A stretch of DNA of 64,000 nucleotides from Saccostrea cucullata. Its lineage: Eukaryota. The position numbers were made by a program, and so were the translations under genes. This document shows, piece after piece, positions 40,421-50,814 of this stretch (position 1 is the stretch's first letter; each line of letters starts with the position of its first letter). The notes beneath the pieces are model-generated. The model saw only the letters and a program-made list of their open reading frames with translations. It had not been told where the DNA came from and ran no database searches. The DNA lies in NCBI RefSeq assembly GCF_032062105.1, contig NW_026923439.1, forward strand, positions 62,001 through 126,000, given 5' to 3'.

Positions 40421-40894
40421 AGGGGAATTTCAGACTTTGCACACCGGCGTTATAATACACAAAATAATTCAGCTGATCATCTTGATAAATTACATTTCCC
40501 AAGCTTTCTTGGAAGGACAGATATATTCCTTATCAACAGATTTGAGGCCCAGTTTAGTAAATCTGCACAATTTTTTATGCAAATCTGCAAATTAGGGAAC
40601 TTGTAATTTTTCTGCACTACTTTCTTCTCCTACCGATTCTAAAAATAATTAGTGGGATGTACTAAGTACACAACATACTGGTATTGTTAGGCATGTGAAT
40701 TATTGATACTTGTATTATATAATTTAATGTCATATCATTTCATACTCGGTATTCTTCCCGTTTCATTTATTGAGTTGCATTCCTGATATATATCTTACTA
40801 TATTGATATCGGTTATTTTTATTGAATATGGTATAAATTTAATACCTTGTAAAAGGAACGGTGTATCGTCTGCAGCGTGTTGTAGGATTTTTAT

Positions 40895-43375
40895 TCTCTG
40901 ATTTGAACATATTTTATTGATTATACTTTACAAATGGGATTGGGCAAAAGTTCTAAAAACTTATTACGCCCTCTCCCTACATATGCATTGTGTCAAACAT
41001 ATTTACATACATGGGTTTCAGCTTAAAATGAAATAACAATAATAATAATATAATAATAATATATAATAATCAGAGTAAAACACATTCAGTAGAATACATT
41101 TCATATGTCATAGACATGCTGTATAAGATTTACAATTAGAAATAATTATTGTATCAACCAAATCGTCCTGACTTTTTAATAAAAGTTTGTACAATAGAAA
41201 ATAGGTATTCATTTTCAAAATCATTTAACGATTTGTCTCCCCAGAGTAAAGTGTGAGTATCGACAGTGTGTAATTTACCCATTCGCAAAAATTTGTCAAA
41301 AAATTCTTTCCTGGCTTCTGTATATTTTTTGCATGAGAAGAAATAATGATGAGTATCCTCCACTCTTCCACAAGAACATAGTGGACTCAAGATTACATTA
41401 CATCGAAAAAGATCGCTATTAAGCACACAGTTATGTCTGAGCCTCGTGTGTATTATATTTAAGCGTCGATTTCCATAACTGAAGTAAGAGGGTGGCATTT
41501 GTTTATCGAAAGAAATAGACTTTTTAAAAATAGATAACGAGGGAGAATTTCTTACATTAAGAGGTAATGAGTTCCATTCTTCAATAACAAGGGGAACGAA
41601 AGTTGATTTGTAAGCTTGCAATCTGCATTTGGGTATGTTATAGTTCTGCGAGTTTCTCGTACTGTAACTTGATGAATTACATCGTAAGTTAGGGATTATA
41701 TCTGCGAGATATTCAGGAACTTGGTTTTTATCAATTTTATACATTGTAGTTAGTCTGGTCTTTTTCCTTCTTTCATGTAATGGTTCCCATCCAGTTTCAA
41801 TGTAAAGTGCATCTTTAGAAGCTAACAGAGTTAATCCTGTGACAATTCTAGCAGCACATAATTGTAATTTTTCTAATTTTTCGCTGTCACCTATATTACA
41901 TCCACCCCACACCAAGGAAGCGTATTCTAACTGTGGTCTAATGAAGGTTGTGTACATGAGTGAAAGAGTTTTTCGGTTGACAACAAATTTAAGTTTTTTT
42001 AACAAGCCCAATTTTTTATATGCATTGGCTAGAATAGTATCAATATGTGTAGACCAACTAAGATCTTGCGAGAAAAAAATTCCTAAATGTTTATGAAAAG
42101 AAACAAATTCTAGCTGACTTTGCTGGAAGAAAAGTTTAGGATAAATAACACTTTTTTTCAGGCTAAAAAATATTGCTTTAGTTTTAGTAGGATTGAATTT
42201 AAGAAGCCATTTTTTCGACCAGATTTCTAGCTTGTTAAGATCAGAATTCAGTTTGTTTTCAATAGTATTAACATTTTTAGATGACTGTTGTAGGGAGTTA
42301 TCGTCTGCAAATAATCTACAAAAACTTGTCATTTCTTCAGCAACATCATTAACATATATAAGAAATAATAAAGGTCCTAACACTGAGCCTTGAGGGACAC
42401 CGGCGTGTATAGGTTTTTCGTCAGATAGCAAGTTTCTGTATAAAACTCTTTGTGATCTACCTTCTATGTAACTCTTTAACCAATGAAACATATTTCCCTC
42501 TATACCATAAGTTCTAAGTTTGAACAAGAGACCCTTGTGCCACACACGATCAAATGCTTTAGAAAGATCACAGAATATCATACAACAATTTTCACCATCA
42601 TCGATGGCTTTAACAATAGTATCATATGTTTCTATTAGTTGATATACAGTGGAATGACCTGGTAAAAATCCAGCCTGGTATTTATAAAAAAGATTGTTGT
42701 CACGAAAGTGATTATACAAGTATTTGAATATGATTCGTTCCATTATTTTACCAATACAACTTAACAGTGACACAGGTCTATAATTAGACATAACAGATGG
42801 ATCATCTTTTTTAAATAAAGGGAGAACATTGGCAACTTTCCATTTGCAAGGAAAAATACAATCAACTAATGACCTATTAAACAATAAACATAATGGTTTT
42901 ACAATAGTATATATGGTAGATTTCAACATCTTGTGACTAATATTATCTGGACCTATTGCTTTGTTAACAGGAATAATTGAAATAATATCTATAATCTCTT
43001 GTTCATCAATACAGACTGTATCAAATAGGTTATTGCACACAGAATATAAATTAGGTAAAATAGCGTCGTTTTCGTCAATACAAGAGATAGAAGCAAAATA
43101 ATCATTTAAAACATCTATTTTCTCTTCATTTGTAAAAGCCACACGTGCGTCACCATTAACAGAGGTATACTGTAGAGGAGGAATATCGGTAGTAGATTTT
43201 ACTTTAAATATATCTCTCAATAACTTCCAGTAAAGTTTGGAATTATTTTTACTTGCGTCTGTAATATGATGCTCTATGTTATTATGATAATTTTCAATGG
43301 CGATTTTTTTCATATTGTTAAACTTATTCCTGCATTTCTTATATTTTTCCCAGTCAGAATTTTTTATTCTCTAAG
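40895..43375 (-). mobile_element. 5'-truncated CR1-type LINE
   Basis: 719-aa ORF 41154..43313 with RT motifs (NYRPVSLLS, DLSKAFDRVWH, GVPQGSVLGPLLFLIYVND, LFADD, IRPQLEYAS). The 3' UTR ends in aataaaatatgttcaaatc (plus-strand gatttgaacatattttatt at ~40900-40918). The endonuclease is missing because of truncation. Confidence 0.9.
41154..43313 (-). CDS. CR1-like reverse transcriptase ORF (uninterrupted, N-terminally truncated)
   Basis: ORF track 719 aa with a complete RT core and a C-terminal Cys/His motif (CSCGRVEDTHHYFFSC). Confidence 0.8.
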   Translation of the reverse strand: MKKIAIENYHNNIEHHITDASKNNSKLYWKLLRDIFKVKSTTDIPPLQYTSVNGDARVAFTNEEKIDVLNDYFASISCIDENDAILPNLYSVCNNLFDTVCIDEQEIIDIISIIPVNKAIGPDNISHKMLKSTIYTIVKPLCLLFNRSLVDCIFPCKWKVANVLPLFKKDDPSVMSNYRPVSLLSCIGKIMERIIFKYLYNHFRDNNLFYKYQAGFLPGHSTVYQLIETYDTIVKAIDDGENCCMIFCDLSKAFDRVWHKGLLFKLRTYGIEGNMFHWLKSYIEGRSQRVLYRNLLSDEKPIHAGVPQGSVLGPLLFLIYVNDVAEEMTSFCRLFADDNSLQQSSKNVNTIENKLNSDLNKLEIWSKKWLLKFNPTKTKAIFFSLKKSVIYPKLFFQQSQLEFVSFHKHLGIFFSQDLSWSTHIDTILANAYKKLGLLKKLKFVVNRKTLSLMYTTFIRPQLEYASLVWGGCNIGDSEKLEKLQLCAARIVTGLTLLASKDALYIETGWEPLHERRKKTRLTTMYKIDKNQVPEYLADIIPNLRCNSSSYSTRNSQNYNIPKCRLQAYKSTFVPLVIEEWNSLPLNVRNSPSLSIFKKSISFDKQMPPSYFSYGNRRLNIIHTRLRHNCVLNSDLFRCNVILSPLCSCGRVEDTHHYFFSCKKYTEARKEFFDKFLRMGKLHTVDTHTLLWGDKSLNDFENEYLFSIVQTFIKKSGRFG

Positions 43376-43689
43376 CACGAGTTCTTTAGTAAAGCCTATT
43401 AATTCTGGCGAATTGTGAATCTTTTTCGACATTGTTTCCACTATAAATAAAAGGAGCAGTGTTGAGACTGGACACCCTTGTGTCATTTTGCATTTCTGCC
43501 CATCTGTTACACTTTCTTTCGAACTTGTGCTGACATTTTACATAGCAATTCCCTATACATGTACGGCCTGAAGATTATTTTTAGATAGATATGATGCATT
43601 CCAGTAAAATGCGTTATTTTTATTTTGAATCTGTGTTCCTCTAAAAATTGACGCTTTCCAAATATGCTGCATCTGAATCTTGCACACTA

Positions 43690-44480
43690 GTAGCATAAGA
43701 AGAAAAATGGGCTACCGGTAAAGCAGGTGTACCCCAGTCTTCAATTGCAAGAGGTTTTAATGTTACGCACAGCACCATATGTTACGCACAGCATTTATAA
43801 AATATAAAAATGCAACACCAAATTAAATGTTCGCAAAAATACGAGATACCACGTGTAATATCAGCAGCAAAGAATCACTTCAGAGAATTACTAGTACGTA
43901 AAAGTGAATGTAAACAGTGACATCATCTACAGCATGAATTATCCCTAAACTGCAAAGATCATCTAGCAATACCCTTTTCAACTGACTAAGACTTATTGCA
44001 AAAGGATTACCCATGCCAGTGTTCTGGTCCCACAGCACTCCATGCAAATATCTACTTCAAAGATCTCAGATCAATGGAGTATGACCAAAGCATCACCATT
44101 GAACATTTTGGTGTAGCTAGTCCAGAATGTTTATCAGAGAGCCTGTTATTGAAGTGCTAGGGTTTCGTAATGAACATTAGACAGAAAACTGCCTCCAGGA
44201 CGTTAAAAAAGGTGGTGGTGGTAGTTTAGTGGAATGAAAAACGGTATTACACAAGAGTAAGACTGATTTGGTTCGTATTTAAAGGTCTTTGATGGTAAAA
44301 GGTACTCTAACTATGTTCTACCTGAACACGCCTATTCAATTTTGCAATGACAACCTCATTCTTGCAAAACAACAGAAACCTGATTCTGCAATTGTCACCT
44401 CGAGAGTTAAGCCTAACTAAGCAGCATTAGACAAAAGGGATTGACATGATCCATTTGCCAAAGACAATCACATCCCTAGA
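43690..44480 (+). pseudogene. Heavily decayed Tc1-type transposase
   Basis: Fragmentary peptides: AGVPQSSIARGFNVTHSTI (N-terminal HTH, ~43722-43780), IPRVISAAKNH (~43845-43880) and NCLQDVKKGGGGSL (the GGGSVMVW motif, ~44188-44230), with many stops and frameshifts. Confidence 0.6.
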
Positions 44481-44554
44481 CCCTGCAACAGCTGACTAAA
44501 GCTCTACATTTGGAGTGGGAGAGTATTCCTATAGAGTTTTTATAACACACATTA

Positions 44555-46800
44555 CCCTTTGACTGTAGATTTCAACTTGCCTGTGAACTACCCCCTGACT
44601 GCAGACTCCATTTTGACTATAAAGAACCCCCCTGACTATGAACTTTGACCTTGACTATGAACTATCCCTTGACTGTGAACTACCCCCTGACCGTGAACTT
44701 CCCCCTGACTGTAGACTCCACCTTGACTATGAACAACCCCAAACTGGAGACGCCACCTTAACTATGAAGTATCCCCAAATGTAGACTCCACCTTGACTGT
44801 GAACTACCCCTGACTGTGAACTACCCCCCTGACTGTACAATCCAACTTGACTATAAACAACTCCAACCTGTAGACTCGATTGTGAACTATTCCTTTACTA
44901 TGAACTACCCACTGACTGTAGTTTCCACATTGACTATGAATCACCCCTTGACTGAGACTCCACCTTAATTATGAAGTATCCTCAAACTGTAGACTCCAAT
45001 TTGACTGTGAACTACCCACTGACTGTAGACTCCACCTTGATTGTGAACTACCCCTTGACTGTGAACTACCCACTGATTGTAGACTCTACCTTGACTATGA
45101 ACTAACCCTTTACTGTAGACTCCACCTTAACTATGAAGTGCAGTAAAACTCGATTAGTACGAACACGGAGATTGCGAATTCACAGATACAGCAAAGTTAT
45201 CTTGGATCCCCAGCTATATAAATTTAACGAATTCCTTATACAGATATAACGAATTACGGATATAATGAAGTTATTTCATAGGTCCCAGTGTCTTCGCTAT
45301 AACCGAGTTTAACTGTATCCCCAAACTGTAGACTCCAATTTGACTGTGAAATACCCCCTGACTACACACTCCACCTTGACTATGAACAACCCCCTGACTG
45401 TAGTCTCCACCTTCACTATGAACAACCCCATGACTGCAGACTCCACCTTGACTGTGAAATAACACCTGACTGTAGACTCCATCTTGAGTGTGAAGTTTTT
45501 ATTACACACAGTGCCCTCTGACTGTAGATTTCAACTTGACTGTGAACTACCCCCTGACTGTAAACTCCACATTAACTGTGAACAACCCCCTGACTGTAGA
45601 CTCCATCTTGACTGTGAAGTTTTTATTATATACAGTGCCCTCTGACTGTAGATTTAAACTTGACTGTGAACTACCCACTGACTGTACACTCCACCTTGAC
45701 TATGAACTACCCCTGACTGTAGACTCCACCTTGATTATGAACTTTCCCTGACTGTAGACTCCATAGACGCCACCTTGACTATGAGCTACCCCTTGAACCT
45801 TGACTGTACACTCCACCTTGACTATGAACTACCCCTGACTGTACACTCCAAACTGTAGACTTCCTTAATTGTGAACTATCCCTTGACTATGAACTACCCT
45901 TTGAACCTTTACTGTAAATTCCACCTTTATTGTGAACTACCCGCTGACTGTAGACTCCACCTTGACTATGAACTACCCCTTGAACCTTGACTGTAGACTC
46001 CACCTTGACTATGAACTACCCCATGAACCTTGACTGTAGACTCCACCTTGATTATGAACTTTCCCTGACTGTAGACTCCATAGACGCCACCTTGACTATG
46101 AGCTTCCCCTTGAACCTTGACTGTACACTATGAACTACCCCTGACTGTACACTCCAAACTGTAGACTTCCTTAATTGTGAACTATCCCTTGACTATGAAC
46201 TACCCTTTGACTATAGACTCCACCTTGACTATGAACTACCCCTGACTGTACACTCCAAACTGTAGAATTCCTTAATTGTGAACTATCCCTTGACTATGAA
46301 CTACCTTTGACTATAGACTCCACCTTGACTATGAACTACCCCTGACCATAGACTCCACCTTGACTATGAACTACCCTTTGTACCTTTACTGTAAATTCCA
46401 CCTTTATTGTGAACTACCCACTGACTGTAGACTCCACCTTGACTATGAACTACCCCTGACTGTACACTCCAAACTGTAGACTTCCTTAATTGTGAACTAT
46501 TCCTTGACTATGAACTTCCCTTTGACTATAGACTCCACCTTGACTATGAACTACCCCTTGAACCTTGACTGTAGACTCCACCTTGACTATGAACTTCCCC
46601 TGACTGTAGACACCACCTTGACTATGAACTACCCTTTGAACCTTTACTGTAAATTCCACCTTTATTGTGAACTACCCGCTGACTGTAGACTCCACCTTGA
46701 CTATGAACTACCCCTTGAACCTTGACTGTAGACTCCACCTTGACTATGAACTACCCCATGAACCTTGACTGTAGACTCCACCTTGACTATGAACTACCCT
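44555..46800. repeat. Complex minisatellite (~35-43 bp units built on tgactgtagactccaccttgactatgaactacccc)
   Basis: Dozens of imperfect copies are visible; interrupted at ~45140-45316. Confidence 0.92.
45140..45316. mobile_element. TA-type MITE (cagtaaaactcg...cgagtttaactg) inserted in the minisatellite
   Basis: Short inverted termini; it interrupts the unit motif gaagTAtcccc. A relative is present at ~55888-55982. Confidence 0.65.
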
Positions 46801-47697
46801 ATTGCAACACAAGACCTCAATGCATGCTGTTTCATCCAAAGGAGCAGTCTCCACGTCCAACAGTGGGATTTGAAACCACAACATAAGAACCAACCCCTTA
46901 CTTGGCAACTCTAGAAAATTTCTAACCACTGCACCATGCATGCGACAGCACAGCAATTTAGAAGATCCATAAACTGACTCAAAAAAACTTAAATTGTTGC
47001 CCAAAAGCAAGAAAATGGTATCACTAGGACCATCAAAATAATTGGTCTAGTATCTGTCTATTTATCATAATTATCATGAAACTATTAACAATAAAATATA
47101 CTTTACATGCATTTCATACTCTATACTATACCTCTCATACAGGCCTATCTTGGCCTTTGAAGAACATTAAAAAAGGTATTTTTTGCTCATTTTTAATCAT
47201 CTATTATTTACAAGTCTACCTATCATTAAATCAATGAAAGTTCTATTTGTGTAATAAAAAAGTGTTCTTGTGCAGTTCTCTTATTCTATAAACCTTTCAA
47301 ATACATGTATATTATTGTCCCTGCCATTGCAAAAGTGGGGGGGGGGACAATATAAATCTCATCCGTCTGTACTTCTGTCAATCTGTAGTTCTGTCCATCA
47401 CAAAAACTTTAAATTTGGTCATAATAGTAAGATTCTCAGCCAACCTTGGTCTTTCAGTCAGGTGATGTAACCTAATTAGCGTCTGAAACTTACACAGCTT
47501 TTCATTCATGGCTGAAATATAGATTTCGGCAAACATCAACAAGTTTAGAGATAATACAATGAAAGTTTGTTGTACGGCAAGTGGTGGGGCTTAGTCACAT
47601 TTGGTGATGTGCCATATACCCTGGAACTAAAAGTGAGAGCCTGCCAGGGATGATCCTGGGTTGGGGTCTTTAAACCAAGACCTTTAAGAACCTTAAT

Positions 47698-47825
47698 GTG
47701 GCAGTCAGCCCAGTTAGATCGCCAGTGACCGGATAGATCAGTTGGTTATTTGAGACCTGACCAGAGATTCAGGGGGCCACGGTTTGAATCTCAGTCTGGT
47801 CAGCATTGTTTTTCTCCTCTCCCAT
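47698..47825 (+). repeat. tRNA-derived repeat (SINE-like), decayed copy
   Basis: Similar to 58168-58295, including the upstream gtggcagtcagcc...gatcgccagtg and the B-box region. Confidence 0.55.
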
Positions 47826-50814
47826 AAAAGGAAAAGATCCGAAGGGGACATCAGATCATTAGAGTGAAATTACTCCTACTCTCAGCATAGCTCTATCATG
47901 TCTATTAACAATACTCATTTTCTTATACTTATATTGTCTTCACTTTTTTATAGAATAATGTTTAGCAAAAAGTATAATAAATGTTAGTACAGTAAGAAAA
48001 AATGTATGTTAAGAGAAATTTTATTTGATCAAGCCGTTCAATTGAATTTCAGGTTAAAATGTAATTTCTTGAATATCTTAAACAATTGTCAATCTGTCAT
48101 TAAACACTTACAACATGTGTACAAACTAATGAATTATTTGGATTTTATAGTAATTTTTAAATGGATTTCAAATTTAATTTAAAGTGTAAAAAATAGATAG
48201 GTCAATTTTTCCCCAAATTCATTTTCTCTGATACTTTGATCTTTTGCTCTAAGATACAAAATCTCTTCTTTATATGATATGAAAGAAATTCGATCACACA
48301 TTTTTGTCCACATAGTTTGAAATATGGTCTGTAAGAAAGTTGTGAAATCAGACATTCAACGTTTTTCAACATTATCAATTAATTTATTGAAAACTTGCAT
48401 GATGCTGTTTATAAAGACAATATTTTTGTTACTGGTACTTGAATTCAATAAGTTTAGTTATAATGATACTGGTAAATTTGAATATTAAGATATTATGTAA
48501 AAATAGAGCATACATATAAGTGTCAGAATTGAAAATAATTCACAAGTAACTATGCTACACATAAAGTTATCTCATGAGAAATTGTATAATTCAATTTTTA
48601 CAAAAAAAAAATCAACAGAATGATTCCAATGGGTCCCAAAATTGTGTCAGATTAAGGAAAATTGAACTGATAGTGTTAGATATTTCATCACAATATTTTA
48701 TCTTTAATACTTTTTATCTTTAACCTCTTGATATGACATTGACCTTTACGGTACATTAAACATCTCGTAATATATGTGTCCAAATATCAGCCCTCTACTA
48801 TATATGGAACATAAGTTACACTGCATTTCGTAACAGACTTACAGTCTGTACTGCATTTAAACAGCATTAAGCCATTCTAAAATGTAAGCTACCAAGTGAC
48901 CGATACATGTATATAGAATTCTCTGATTTTTTTCCCCACAAAATATGTCAATTTTTGCTTAAGTAGCGCATAAAATATCTACCAAACTAAGCGATTTTGT
49001 CGTCAAATACTGGGCAAGTTCTTTTATAGTTGTCTTACTGGTAGCTTGTCTAGCATTGTAGTGCATATGCAAGATGTTTTTTTTTTCACTTTACTATCTG
49101 GTTTCATCTCTTTGTATGATATATAATTTTATATTGTGTGTGGACTCTAGACTCAGATCATGCTGATAGATGTTTGAAGTTATAAATCTAAGTTTATCAT
49201 CACTGTAATGAAAATGAACTGTCTATCCCAACATTAACAATATTTCAGTGACATTGCATCTTACTGAACGGTGTGTCGATTTACCCAAATGGAGCCAAAG
49301 ATGACTCAAATGGACTTCTGTAGACTTTATATCAAAAATAAAATGCATCTACAGTGTATATATATATAAAAATAATTATTTATTTTTGCATTTAGATATT
49401 TATATTGTTGAATATTCAGAATAATGGCTATTGAAATAAATGTGTTTTGTGTTTATGACAAACATTCAAATTATTGTATTAAAAAAAAAAAATTATTCAT
49501 TACAATTAAGTAAATTATTTTAAAATATATGAGTTTACCAATCAGAAAATTTCACAAAGTTATATTCTTTTTTAGTAAATCAGTACGTAGCAACAGGGGG
49601 CCGGGGGCTTGCTCCACCTCTATTTTCCAGACATAACTTTTAGTTTTACTGTATTAAAAATGTTCATTGAAAGCCCCCCTCCACCACACACACTTTCAAA
49701 AAAAAGATGCTACATCACTATAAATGATATTACTATTTTATCATAATTAAGTCCCTTTGCTTAAATCGACGCAATTTACTGAATGTCACCTATCATGGAT
49801 CATCATTGAACATATACACTGTATAAATGAATCAATGTGAACAGAACTCATCTAACCAAAAACTATATGATGAAAAATGATTGAAAACTGCTCAGTTTTT
49901 AATTTATGACAGAGAATGTTAACACCTAAACATTCATAGGGAAAATCCACATTAGTCTTTGTGTACAAGAAAAAAAAAAAACTTTTCAGCATTATAGACA
50001 CATTAAAACCACAATAAATAGAGGAAATTCGCGTCGCAACTTTATACTGGTTGCAAGTGGCGAGACCATAATTTAACCTTACTTGTGTCTAACATTACAT
50101 TTATCGGCAAAACAAACGATAATTATTTTTATTTTATCTTGTTAAAATACTGTCTTACTTACAATAGATCGGTTTTGATTGCGAGTTTACTAATCATAAT
50201 ATTGTTCTCTCGAGTGCAAACAGCTGATTAAGTTGGATGCCGATCTCGATGTTTAAAAACATTAAACAGTTTATAGTACACTTCTGCTGTCGCTTTCTTT
50301 TCCCAAATAGTTTTTTTTTTCAGTCAATTAATAAATATCTAATTAAATTAGTCATATATTGCACTTCTTCTTATGTAATTTTAGAGATGAAGTATCACAT
50401 GAAAGCCCAGATCAGATGCCGATCGCGATGCAATAGCGTCGAATGTCAAACACTTATTTTTCAAGATTTTGCTGAAAATATTCAAAAAACCAGAATTCTT
50501 TAACAGTCTTGGAACTTTATTACTTCGATTTTACTTCATTTTAAACACTAATTGCGTCTATATAAGGCGATTACAACTTTCTCGGGGTCTAATTATACGA
50601 GTGTCGAATTGCACGGCTACCGCTTTTTTCAGAGCGACACTGAGCACTAGCGACAGTTTTCACTGGTACAGCGGCCCACATGAGTGAAAATGCTGCTGTC
50701 AGACTACATTTGCCATTTGGTGGAAAACATCGCTGAATCGGTCAACATGATACTTACCAAAAGAGAATACCACAAGCAACTTTCTTAATAAACATTTTAG
50801 GCTATTTGTTGAAA

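Larger units (their letters stand above)
32883..50670. mobile_element. 17.8-kb composite non-autonomous DNA transposon with TGT...ACA 40-bp TIRs and a 4-bp GCGG TSD (Ginger-like)
   Basis: Left TIR 32883-32922 is tgtaaccgtgaaaactgtcgctagtgctcagtgtcgctct. Right TIR 50631-50670 reverse-complements to tgtaccagtgaaaactgtcgctagtgctcagtgtcgctct (38/40). GCGG lies directly outside both ends (32879-32882, 50671-50674). The superfamily is inferred from termini and TSD only. Confidence 0.8.

Noticed and set aside
40490-40640. Possible terminal exon of the element's transposase on the minus strand (…HKKLC…KEYICPS…, faintly PHD-like)
   Set aside because: Short, contains a stop, and lacks enough Cys/His to support a domain call by eye; needs an HMM search.
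45271-47010. Short ORFs over the minisatellite
   Set aside because: Repeat-derived translations.
48740-50100. Possible decayed minus-strand gene in the right arm (ATG TTA GAC ACA A|gtaag near 50083-50095; stop-riddled frames at 48740-49210)
   Set aside because: No recognisable integrase or other protein motif; indistinguishable from AT-rich noise without tBLASTx.
32883-50670. LTR retrotransposon or Polinton/Maverick (TG...CA ends, ~18 kb)
   Set aside because: The ends are inverted rather than direct; no gag-pol, pPolB or capsid ORFs; the TSD is 4 bp rather than 6 bp.
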